Source of the DNA: a virus | Lineage: Duplodnaviria > Caudoviricetes | DNA: 64,000 nucleotides | Direction: 5' to 3' (one strand) | IMG/VR virus record: IMGVR_UViG_3300014204_013734 | Span: 256,001 to 320,000 of that record | Shown here: in pieces, positions 31,523-38,686 of the stretch | How the letters are laid out: each line of letters starts with the position of its first letter | How positions within the stretch are numbered: the first letter of the stretch is position 1 | Translations under genes and position numbers: made by a program | Notes under the pieces: model-generated | Database searches by the model: none | Told to the model about the DNA's origin: nothing | The model's input: the letters and a program-made list of their open reading frames with translations, nothing else

Positions 31523-32254
31523 ATGAATAAAAGTGAATTTTTGTATTTGATCAAGAATCCAGAGGGGTTAGGTTTTGATGTAGCCGTACTTCATGGGGAT
31601 CCCTCTCTTTTGCGGCATGCAAAGAACATTCGCCACTGGAATGACGAACACAGTGCAAAAAAATTCTTTGCTGGGTTGGTTGATCGTGTCAAAGCCATTC
31701 CTAAGTGGGTGATAAGACAGGGAGAAAGATTCGTTGAAACCGACGAAGATTGGAAGCCTCTCGGGGCACATTCCGCAGCAACAAAAATGTTCAAGATCAT
31801 CCTTACTCGGGAAAGAAAAGAACCTGAAATCAGTGAAGAAAATTTTCCAAAAGTAGAGGCAATTAGGGTAGCCAAAGACACGTTGGAAGCGTACCGGTTT
31901 CCAATGTCGGTCCAAGCCGACATCATTGACGAAGAAGGGGTACTGGTTGAACGTTTTTCCGGCGGTTGGCCAGACGGGAAGGTTCGTCGCATAGCCATTC
32001 ACGGAAAACCCGCCCGTTACGACCTGAACACGTTGGAAATCACGGGTTCGTGGAAAGTAGCGTTGGGACGCCGCGGATACCGACGATTATTGACGGAAAA
32101 GTCATGGTCAACCAAGAAGGCCGCCAAGGAAGCTGCCGGGAAATACCTTGAAAACCATGGCGTTTGGGATTCCGCAATCGTTGTCAGCCAAGCGGAAGTC
32201 GTTGCGCAACGTTACCTGGAAAAAAGGGCTACGGTATGTCCTACAGGGAAATAG
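31523..32254 (+). CDS. Hypothetical protein
   Basis: RBS GGAGG before ATG 31523. Confidence 0.6.
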   Translation: MNKSEFLYLIKNPEGLGFDVAVLHGDPSLLRHAKNIRHWNDEHSAKKFFAGLVDRVKAIPKWVIRQGERFVETDEDWKPLGAHSAATKMFKIILTRERKEPEISEENFPKVEAIRVAKDTLEAYRFPMSVQADIIDEEGVLVERFSGGWPDGKVRRIAIHGKPARYDLNTLEITGSWKVALGRRGYRRLLTEKSWSTKKAAKEAAGKYLENHGVWDSAIVVSQAEVVAQRYLEKRATVCPTGK

Positions 32255-32907
32255 CCGAAAATGCCATTCATAGACTGAAACGGTTGGTGCCTGACGTGTC
32301 ATTCACCACGGTTTCCAACAACATGCGACAAACTTCGGCCTACTTCTACGCTAAGAAAACGGAAGATGAAGATGAAGCCCTGAAAATTAGGGTCAGCAAC
32401 CACGATCCTGTTTACAATTTTGATCTGTCTTTTCAAATTCCGACCGGTTCGGATCCGGATGAGGCAACGGATTTTCTGGTTGAAAAACTGGCCCCAATCC
32501 TAAAAAAATGGAATGGGAATAAAAACGACCCTTTCCTAAAGAAGCTTCTGACAAGGTCAATTCAATTGGGCAAACACTATGAACTCAAGGAGCCTGAAAC
32601 CATCACCCTGGATTTGCGACGGACGAAGGACCCCAAAAGTGACCGGGCCGAAGAAGTAATTCGAAAAGATCGCCTGGATGTTGATTGGGACCGATTAGGC
32701 AAAGATAGGGAACGTTGGCGAGTCGTGCGGATGACTAACGACTTGGGTTTAGCTTACGACACCGGTTTGCGGGGCAATATGATTGGTCTGCACGACTGGC
32801 AACTGCTGGAAGTAGCGGAAAGACTGTTCAAACCGATGACCATCCGGACCAGCAGCTTGAATGTGGCGCGTAGGTGGCTCCGTTATCTTGCTGACCGGAA
32901 AAATTGA
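32236..32907 (+). CDS. Hypothetical protein (KIRVSNH motif)
   Basis: Coupled ORF. The IRxSxH motif is common in phage polyvalent-type domains. Confidence 0.55.
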   Translation: MSYREIAENAIHRLKRLVPDVSFTTVSNNMRQTSAYFYAKKTEDEDEALKIRVSNHDPVYNFDLSFQIPTGSDPDEATDFLVEKLAPILKKWNGNKNDPFLKKLLTRSIQLGKHYELKEPETITLDLRRTKDPKSDRAEEVIRKDRLDVDWDRLGKDRERWRVVRMTNDLGLAYDTGLRGNMIGLHDWQLLEVAERLFKPMTIRTSSLNVARRWLRYLADRKN

Positions 32908-32967
32908 TGGAAGACGGATTCAGACTTCTTCTTGGTTGCATATTTGTTCTTGGCTGCATGGCTGCTC

Positions 32968-33312
32968 CTATCTGGTGGTTTGGACGGAAACCGTCATAAA
33001 CATGTCTTCAAATCGTTTCGGGGGTTCTTCCCCCGGCAGAAGCCGAAGGGCTTCCGTAATGTCTTTGATGTCAACAGTCAAGGATTTCTTGACAGTCCAT
33101 TGGCGATAAGTCATTGCCTTGGTTTTGAACCGTCGGGACCACTTTGTTCCGACCACTTTGTCTACTTCCGCCATCTGAGTTCCATTTTCAATCCAACTAA
33201 TGAAATCGCCCGCTTGCACACCAGCTAAGGACCCGAAGTCGGGACTTCCCTTTTTCCCTTTTTCAAAAAGGACTTGAAATTTCCCTTTGGTGCGGACGGG
33301 GTCATCGTTCAT
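32968..33312 (-). CDS. Hypothetical protein
   Basis: 114-aa ORF convergent with the previous gene. Confidence 0.5.
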   Translation of the reverse strand: MNDDPVRTKGKFQVLFEKGKKGSPDFGSLAGVQAGDFISWIENGTQMAEVDKVVGTKWSRRFKTKAMTYRQWTVKKSLTVDIKDITEALRLLPGEEPPKRFEDMFMTVSVQTTR

Positions 33313-33337
33313 GAAAAGGAACCCTTTTTAAGACACG

Positions 33338-33370
33338 AAAAACGGGTCCCCTTTTCCAGAGGACCCGTTT
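33338..33370 (-). terminator. Hairpin/terminator downstream of the orphan repeat
   Basis: AAACGGGTCC..GGACCCGTTT stem with a U run on the minus strand. Confidence 0.65.
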
Positions 33371-33395
33371 ACTTTACCCCGCGTTGTAGACCAGT

Positions 33396-33506
33396 TCACT
33401 CCGGGACCGTGTCCTTGACGCAGCGGGTGAGACCGCCGCCGGACAGGGAATTCAAACTGACGGCGGCATTAGTGTAGTTCAGGTTCCACACGAATCCAGA
33501 CACGTC
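33396..33506 (-). repeat. Orphan diverged copy of the last 111 nt of the DUF1566 gene (VR-like)
   Basis: 93/111 identical to 34211-34321 by manual alignment. Encodes DVSGFVWNLNYTNAAVSLNSLSGGGLTRCVKDTVPE*. Confidence 0.85.
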
Positions 33507-33568
33507 GGAAAACCATATACCATAACCTGTTCTTCCTTCAAGTCTTTCAGAGCCCTTTTTCGGAAGGC

Positions 33569-33597
33569 TTGACATCTTCAACCCGATGTGTCATATT
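33569..33597 (+). promoter_or_regulatory. Sigma70-like promoter
   Basis: TTGACA-N17-CATATT with extended TG, upstream of the GGAGG RBS and ATG 33625. Confidence 0.55.
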
Positions 33598-33624
33598 ATG
33601 AACATCCTGAACACGGAGGTTGTG

Positions 33625-33870
33625 ATGACGACCACCCTTTCGCAGAAAAAAGTGAAAGATGCTTTGAAGCACAAACTTATCCAGTGCCCCGTATGCGGAA
33701 AAGAACATGATTTTGAAGTCTTGGAAACTATTGTCCCGGACATTCCAGACGTGAAGGTGAAAGGTGCCTTGAAAAAAGGCCGCCCTTTGGTTCAAGTGGT
33801 GTGCCGGAAATGCTACCACGTCATGCTTTTTGACGCCCACAGCTTAGGGGTTAAACTGATACCGGGCTGA
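33625..33870 (+). CDS. Small zinc-ribbon protein
   Basis: CPVCG...CRKC motifs, with its own promoter and RBS. Confidence 0.65.
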   Translation: MTTTLSQKKVKDALKHKLIQCPVCGKEHDFEVLETIVPDIPDVKVKGALKKGRPLVQVVCRKCYHVMLFDAHSLGVKLIPG

Positions 33871-34083
33871 AAAATAGGTATCGCCCGACTTGATCGTCAC
33901 TTCCGGGGCGTTCCCGCAAAGTTCAAAAACGACGTTCTTTACCGAATGCAGTTGTTCACGATCGGTATCCGGCGAATATTCAATGGTTAGTTTTGAAACC
34001 TTGATCACCAGAACATCTTCGTCTTCTGACTTTTTCGGTTTGGGTTCCACTTGGGCGAAGGAATAGGGAGTTGACAGTTTCAT
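33844..34083 (-). CDS. Hypothetical protein
   Basis: RBS AAAGGA before the ATG. Confidence 0.5.
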   Translation of the reverse strand: MKLSTPYSFAQVEPKPKKSEDEDVLVIKVSKLTIEYSPDTDREQLHSVKNVVFELCGNAPEVTIKSGDTYFSARYQFNP

Positions 34084-34156
34084 AAACGGTTCCTTTCGTT
34101 AATGTCCTCCCGTCCCTCCCCCGTTCACTTTACCCCGCTTCCTATGACCATTAGAC

Positions 34157-34182
34157 AAAAAAGCCCTTCCCGTGAAGGAAGG
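34157..34182 (-). terminator. Terminator/hairpin after the DUF1566 gene
   Basis: CCTTCC/GGAAGG stem with six U on the minus strand. Confidence 0.55.
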
Positions 34183-34210
34183 ACCCTCGTTGCCCATATG
34201 ATCGGTGCCG

Positions 34211-35296
34211 TCACTCCGGGACCGTGTCCTTGACACAGCGGACCAGACCGCTGTTGGACAGGGAAACCCAACCGATGGCGGAATCGGTGTGGTTCAAGCT
34301 CCACACGAATCCAGACACGTCCGACACGGGCGTGGAAGAAAGGTAACGGGTCTGGCAGCCGCCTTCAAGTTCTTCCGGCATGTAACAACCGTCCGTCGGT
34401 CCCTGAAAGGCCGGACACGAACAGGATTCAACGGAATAACCGCATTCGTACCGGGCATTGCATTCGTTGGTGATCGGGCAGGATCCCTCGGGTTCCGTAT
34501 TGGGGCAACCGCTGACCAGTGACCGCAATTCGTCAATGGTCGGCAACCGCCACACACCGACCGTGGTGCCGTAGTTCAGGTTGTAGCAGAAGTCAATCGC
34601 CTCCTGCGGGGTCATGCCGCTGTCGGGATAGCGCATCCAGGTGAGGCCGGATTCGGTATCGGTCCACATGCTGGCCGGTTGGTGTTCACAGGTATCGGAA
34701 GTCGGGTCGCAGATGTCGGTGGTCAGGATGTCACCATCGTCACAGGGGTCAGTTCCGGCTACGCAACCAAGCGTGATGTCACAGATTTCAGTGCCATTGC
34801 AGAAATCACCGTCGGCACATCGGTCGTCCTGAAGGACTCGGATGCAACCGAAAACGGGGTCGCAAACGTCACCCGTGCAGGCAATCCCGTCGTCACAGTC
34901 AAGAAGTTCCCCAGCTCGGCAGAAACCGTCATTCCAGCAGGTTTCAATACCGTTGCAAGGGTTGCCGTCGTCACAGTCGGAATCGTCGCCGCAAGGAAGA
35001 TATTCGGATTCGTCCGTGTTTTCAGTAACATCGCTGTTTTCCGGGTTGTCGGTCTGGTCGCTGTTTTCGGTTTCCTGCCCGTCGGCCAGATCGGATTCCT
35101 GTTCGTTTTCGTTTTCGTTGAATTCGGTCACGTCCCCGGATTCGGTCACGTCACCTTCCAACCCTTCCGTATCGGTTTCCGCGTCGCCGTCGGTTTCCGT
35201 GTCTTCCAGGTACGTCCCAAACGTCAGGTTGGAACCGCAACCCGACAGAACGAGGACGACCAGCACCAGCACTGTCAAAAGATTCGTTTTCTTCAT
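34211..35296 (-). CDS. Lipoprotein with Cys-rich repeats and a C-terminal DUF1566 (Lcl-C, CLec-fold) domain, candidate DGR target
   Basis: Lipobox VLSGC, acidic linker, CDDGxxCxxDxC repeats, WTDTESGLTW..WRLPTIDELRSL..VRCV. Confidence 0.8.
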   Translation of the reverse strand: MKKTNLLTVLVLVVLVLSGCGSNLTFGTYLEDTETDGDAETDTEGLEGDVTESGDVTEFNENENEQESDLADGQETENSDQTDNPENSDVTENTDESEYLPCGDDSDCDDGNPCNGIETCWNDGFCRAGELLDCDDGIACTGDVCDPVFGCIRVLQDDRCADGDFCNGTEICDITLGCVAGTDPCDDGDILTTDICDPTSDTCEHQPASMWTDTESGLTWMRYPDSGMTPQEAIDFCYNLNYGTTVGVWRLPTIDELRSLVSGCPNTEPEGSCPITNECNARYECGYSVESCSCPAFQGPTDGCYMPEELEGGCQTRYLSSTPVSDVSGFVWSLNHTDSAIGWVSLSNSGLVRCVKDTVPE

Positions 35297-35340
35297 TTTC
35301 GTCTCCTTTTTATCTGGCGGGATTCATTCCCGTCGTTTCA

Positions 35341-35427
35341 TGTATAGACTACCGGGGGCATTTTAATTCCAAGCCGGAAAACGAACGAACCAATCTCCCG
35401 GCTTGGAAAAATCTTTGATTCGGTAGT
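35341..35427. promoter_or_regulatory. Divergent pair of bipartite promoter-like motifs
   Basis: Minus strand 35341-35376: CGGCTTGGAA-N11-CCGGTAGT. Plus strand 35399-35427: CGGCTTGGAA-N11-TCGGTAGT. Confidence 0.6.
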
Positions 35428-35465
35428 TGCCGTGGGGACGAATAAACACGAAAGGTTCATTTGGC

Positions 35466-35999
35466 ATGGCTACTTTAACCTTGGCAGATGCGGAACGTAT
35501 TGCTTCCAAAACCCGTCCGTGGGCGGTGCGATTGGAAAACCCCAATCTTCAGCAGTATTGGCAGGCCACCGGGCGCGGTCTTGGTGAACAGCTTGAAATC
35601 GGGAGTGGGGGCTTTGGGTCCGTTCCGACCACATGTTTGGTCACGTGGACCCAGTTCCGGGTTGAAGTAGCTGACAAATTGGCAAACGGGTTTGTCTGGG
35701 CTGATACGCCCTATTTTCGTATGTCTTCGGACAACCTTGCCAAGGTGATTGGCCAAAGCACGCCCCCAACACAGCCCCCGCCATCAACATCGGCGTCTTT
35801 ACTTGCACTTCCCGTTCCGTTGAACCAGATTCGGTCCCTTCGGGTTGTTCGGGAAGGAACTGTCCTCAAGGGCTTTGACGCCCTGGACGAAAATGGGGTC
35901 GTTGTCGTCCGTTTCAACGAAACCGAGGGACGAGCCTTCGCGCAGAACCACAACTTGGATATCGTTTGGGTTTCGTCCAAAACGGGTAGGGTGCTTTAG
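35466..35999 (+). CDS. Hypothetical protein
   Basis: ORF downstream of the plus-strand motif. Confidence 0.55.
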   Translation: MATLTLADAERIASKTRPWAVRLENPNLQQYWQATGRGLGEQLEIGSGGFGSVPTTCLVTWTQFRVEVADKLANGFVWADTPYFRMSSDNLAKVIGQSTPPTQPPPSTSASLLALPVPLNQIRSLRVVREGTVLKGFDALDENGVVVVRFNETEGRAFAQNHNLDIVWVSSKTGRVL

Positions 36000-36009
36000 G
36001 AGGACACCT

Positions 36010-36747
36010 ATGATTCTGCAAATAGTCAGTGATATCCATGCTGAATTCCATAAGGATCTTGGCATATCCTTCATTGAAGAGTTGAAGAAGGCGGGGGACG
36101 CCGATGTCCTGATTATTGCTGGAGACCTAGCTCCGCCTAAGGACGCTTTTAGGATTGTTCCAGCTTGTTGTGACGTATGGCCCAAAGTCATCCTGGTTTT
36201 GGGGAATCATGAATTTTACGGGTCTGATCGTCGGACCGTATTGGCCAGTTTCAGGAAGCTGGAAAAAGAGTTCCCTAACCTGCACGTACTGGATGACCAG
36301 ACTGTCACCATGGAAGGGCAACGATTTGTCGGAAGCACTCTTTGGTTTGAAGACACTCCTGATGCACGTATCCGGGCCGGTCATTTTTCAGACTTTGGCG
36401 ATATCAAGGGGTTGGGAGGATGGGTGTGGGAGGCCAACCGAAAATCCAAGATTTTCCTTCGGAAAACCGTCCGTCCCGACGATGTGGTGATCACGCATCA
36501 TATCCCGACATCCATGGGATCAGCATCCTATTGGACAGGGTCGTTCCTCCAACCCTTCTTCGTCTGCCCAATGGACAAAGTAATCGTTGAAAACAGACCA
36601 AAATTGTGGGTCTATGGGCACACGCATGATTCCCACGATTTTACGCTTTGCGAAACCCGATTCATTTGCAATCCTTTCGGATATGCAAATCATCCCAAAC
36701 TGCTTCCGAACCCGGATTTTGACTGGGGGAAGTTCGTTGACGTGTGA
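36010..36747 (+). CDS. Metallophosphoesterase (calcineurin-like)
   Basis: SDIH, AGDL, LGNHE, THH and YGHTH motifs. Confidence 0.9.
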   Translation: MILQIVSDIHAEFHKDLGISFIEELKKAGDADVLIIAGDLAPPKDAFRIVPACCDVWPKVILVLGNHEFYGSDRRTVLASFRKLEKEFPNLHVLDDQTVTMEGQRFVGSTLWFEDTPDARIRAGHFSDFGDIKGLGGWVWEANRKSKIFLRKTVRPDDVVITHHIPTSMGSASYWTGSFLQPFFVCPMDKVIVENRPKLWVYGHTHDSHDFTLCETRFICNPFGYANHPKLLPNPDFDWGKFVDV

Positions 36748-36820
36748 CGGTTTTCGTTCTATGCCTTTCCCCTTGCGGAAGAAGGTGTGGTTAGTTTAAG
36801 CCTATTGAGGAGACCGAAAG

Positions 36821-37303
36821 ATGGACAAAGCACGTATTACCAAACTGGCGAATGATAACCCGAAGATGCGGGCGAAACTTGTTCCTTTCCTGAAGAAAGC
36901 TGCCCAACCGGGATCCTATGAAGACAACGGCAGAGAACTGAAGTCGAAAGACTTTGGTTTGGCACTAAATCTCATGAATCAGACGGCGAATCACTTGGTC
37001 CAACGCTTACTGCAAAGTATCCATACGGATGGGCTTAAGAAAGAAACTTCCCCTATCGGTTGGGTTTTGGAATTCACGTTGGCCAGGAAAGACGGGGCAC
37101 CCCAGAATTTCACTGTCTGGCTTCCCTTGGAAATGTTTCGTCACTTTTATAGGGGGAACTTGAAAGGAAGAATTTCGGTGAGGGCCCCCCAAAAGGCTTA
37201 CGATATCCCGTCCCTGGAAGATGTTCTTAACGATCTTGGTCCGAAGGACCTTGGGGATTTCATCTTTGATAAGATCATGATGCTCCTGAACAAAGGGATG
37301 TAA
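36821..37303 (+). CDS. Hypothetical protein
   Basis: RBS GAGGAG. N-terminal ITKLA..NPKMRAKLVPFLK helix motif. Confidence 0.6.
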   Translation: MDKARITKLANDNPKMRAKLVPFLKKAAQPGSYEDNGRELKSKDFGLALNLMNQTANHLVQRLLQSIHTDGLKKETSPIGWVLEFTLARKDGAPQNFTVWLPLEMFRHFYRGNLKGRISVRAPQKAYDIPSLEDVLNDLGPKDLGDFIFDKIMMLLNKGM

Positions 37304-37310
37304 CGATCCC

Positions 37311-38081
37311 ATGCGGAAACGGACACAGTTGACGAACACCCGGGGGCTTCTTATGACTCCCGATATGGCGGAAGCCATCCTGAAGTTGGAAAAGGCGTCC
37401 GGGGCCGCTAAGTGGAAACTCGTCCTGTCCGGGCCAAAATCCGGTACGGACGAAGGTGATCCTCTGTCCTTGGCCCCGGCCGGTCGCGAAGTCCGCATGT
37501 CCCTTGTCAGGAATGATGTTAAGGACCCCCAGGTTGCCCTACACGCCCTTTGGGGGTTTGCCGTGCCCCTCGGGTTCACCCCGTGGCTCCGATGGCCTGT
37601 GGCGGGTTCCGGGGACCAAAGATTCTTTTTTCTCGGCCCTTGGAAAATGGTCGGGGATCGGCTCATGGCCGAAGGCCGTGGGCATTTAGCATGGCCTTCC
37701 ATGTGTGCGTCGGCACAGGCGGATGCCGGGGTTTGGAAGGGATCGGATTCGGACAAACGATTCGTCCAGGCGCAACTCCACCGTCTTGGAAAGAACTGTG
37801 GTCCGGTTGACGGAATTATCGCCGAACGGACCCTTGAAGCTATTGCTTCTTTAGGTTTTGGCCAGGAACCTTTCTTGAAAGTAGCGGACCGATTACGGGC
37901 TTTGGAAACTCCGGCGCCGTCCCCCGCTGCTCGTAAGACGGGTCATCTGTCCCTTCCCGGTTGGAACCTGGTCTTATCCGCTTTCGGGGGCGTCAAGGCC
38001 GTTCAGGGCAACCAAGGGGCTATCCTAACGGTAGACGGGCCAGGTCGTCTTGTGGTAGACGTTGAAGGCGGAACCAAGTAA
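37311..38081 (+). CDS. Peptidoglycan-binding-domain protein, possibly a degenerate peptidase
   Basis: VQAQLHRLG..GPVDGII..T..AI is PG_binding_1-like. Confidence 0.55.
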   Translation: MRKRTQLTNTRGLLMTPDMAEAILKLEKASGAAKWKLVLSGPKSGTDEGDPLSLAPAGREVRMSLVRNDVKDPQVALHALWGFAVPLGFTPWLRWPVAGSGDQRFFFLGPWKMVGDRLMAEGRGHLAWPSMCASAQADAGVWKGSDSDKRFVQAQLHRLGKNCGPVDGIIAERTLEAIASLGFGQEPFLKVADRLRALETPAPSPAARKTGHLSLPGWNLVLSAFGGVKAVQGNQGAILTVDGPGRLVVDVEGGTK

Positions 38082-38629
38082 TGGAATGGGCAGAAGAAAA
38101 AAAACTGCTTCGGGACGTGGCTTCTGATTGGGAAAAGGTTATACTGTCCCAGGGCAAACCCATTCTTCGTGTCTTGACCCTTTCTGCCACCAAAGCGGGT
38201 CTACCTACGGCCTCTTTGCAATACCTGTATTTCGTCTTCTATGACCGATCTCGGGATTGGGGACTGGCGCCCGACGCCAAAACTTCATTGTCCATCGGTA
38301 GGGAAATCACAATAGCGGCCGGAGTGACTCCCGCATGGTCCAGGTCCGGTATCGTTCTTCCCGGTGGAGGGGGCGAAAACGCCCTTGATAAGGCATTCAA
38401 GGAAACCGCCCGATGGGAACAGACGGATATGGCCAAAGTTCTTCTTGATGCTTTGAACAGCACCCTTGCTGTTCACGGCAAGGAAGTTGAAAAAACACAT
38501 CCCGAATTGAAATCCGGAGATGGGTCCTTTTACCTTCGGCACCGGTTTTGGGAAATCCTCGCTACGAACCCGAATGAATTCCATCTCGGGTCTCTCATGA
38601 GCCGTATCGTTTTCCACTTCTTCACCTGA
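38081..38629 (+). CDS. Hypothetical protein
   Basis: TAATG-coupled ORF. Confidence 0.55.
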   Translation: MEWAEEKKLLRDVASDWEKVILSQGKPILRVLTLSATKAGLPTASLQYLYFVFYDRSRDWGLAPDAKTSLSIGREITIAAGVTPAWSRSGIVLPGGGGENALDKAFKETARWEQTDMAKVLLDALNSTLAVHGKEVEKTHPELKSGDGSFYLRHRFWEILATNPNEFHLGSLMSRIVFHFFT

Positions 38630-38686
38630 CCTTTTCGGGTATCTAACTGCTAGGGGGGGTTTGATCCGTACCAAATACATGCAGAG

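Noticed and set aside
33396-33506. The orphan copy as the DGR template repeat itself
   Set aside because: Only 6 of 18 mismatches are A in this copy (4 are A in the gene copy, 8 in neither), and no RT gene is nearby.
33396-33581. The 61-aa ORF as a real gene
   Set aside because: Its N-terminal part overlaps the opposite-strand promoter and has no similarity to the DUF1566 gene. Only the last ~37 codons are homologous.
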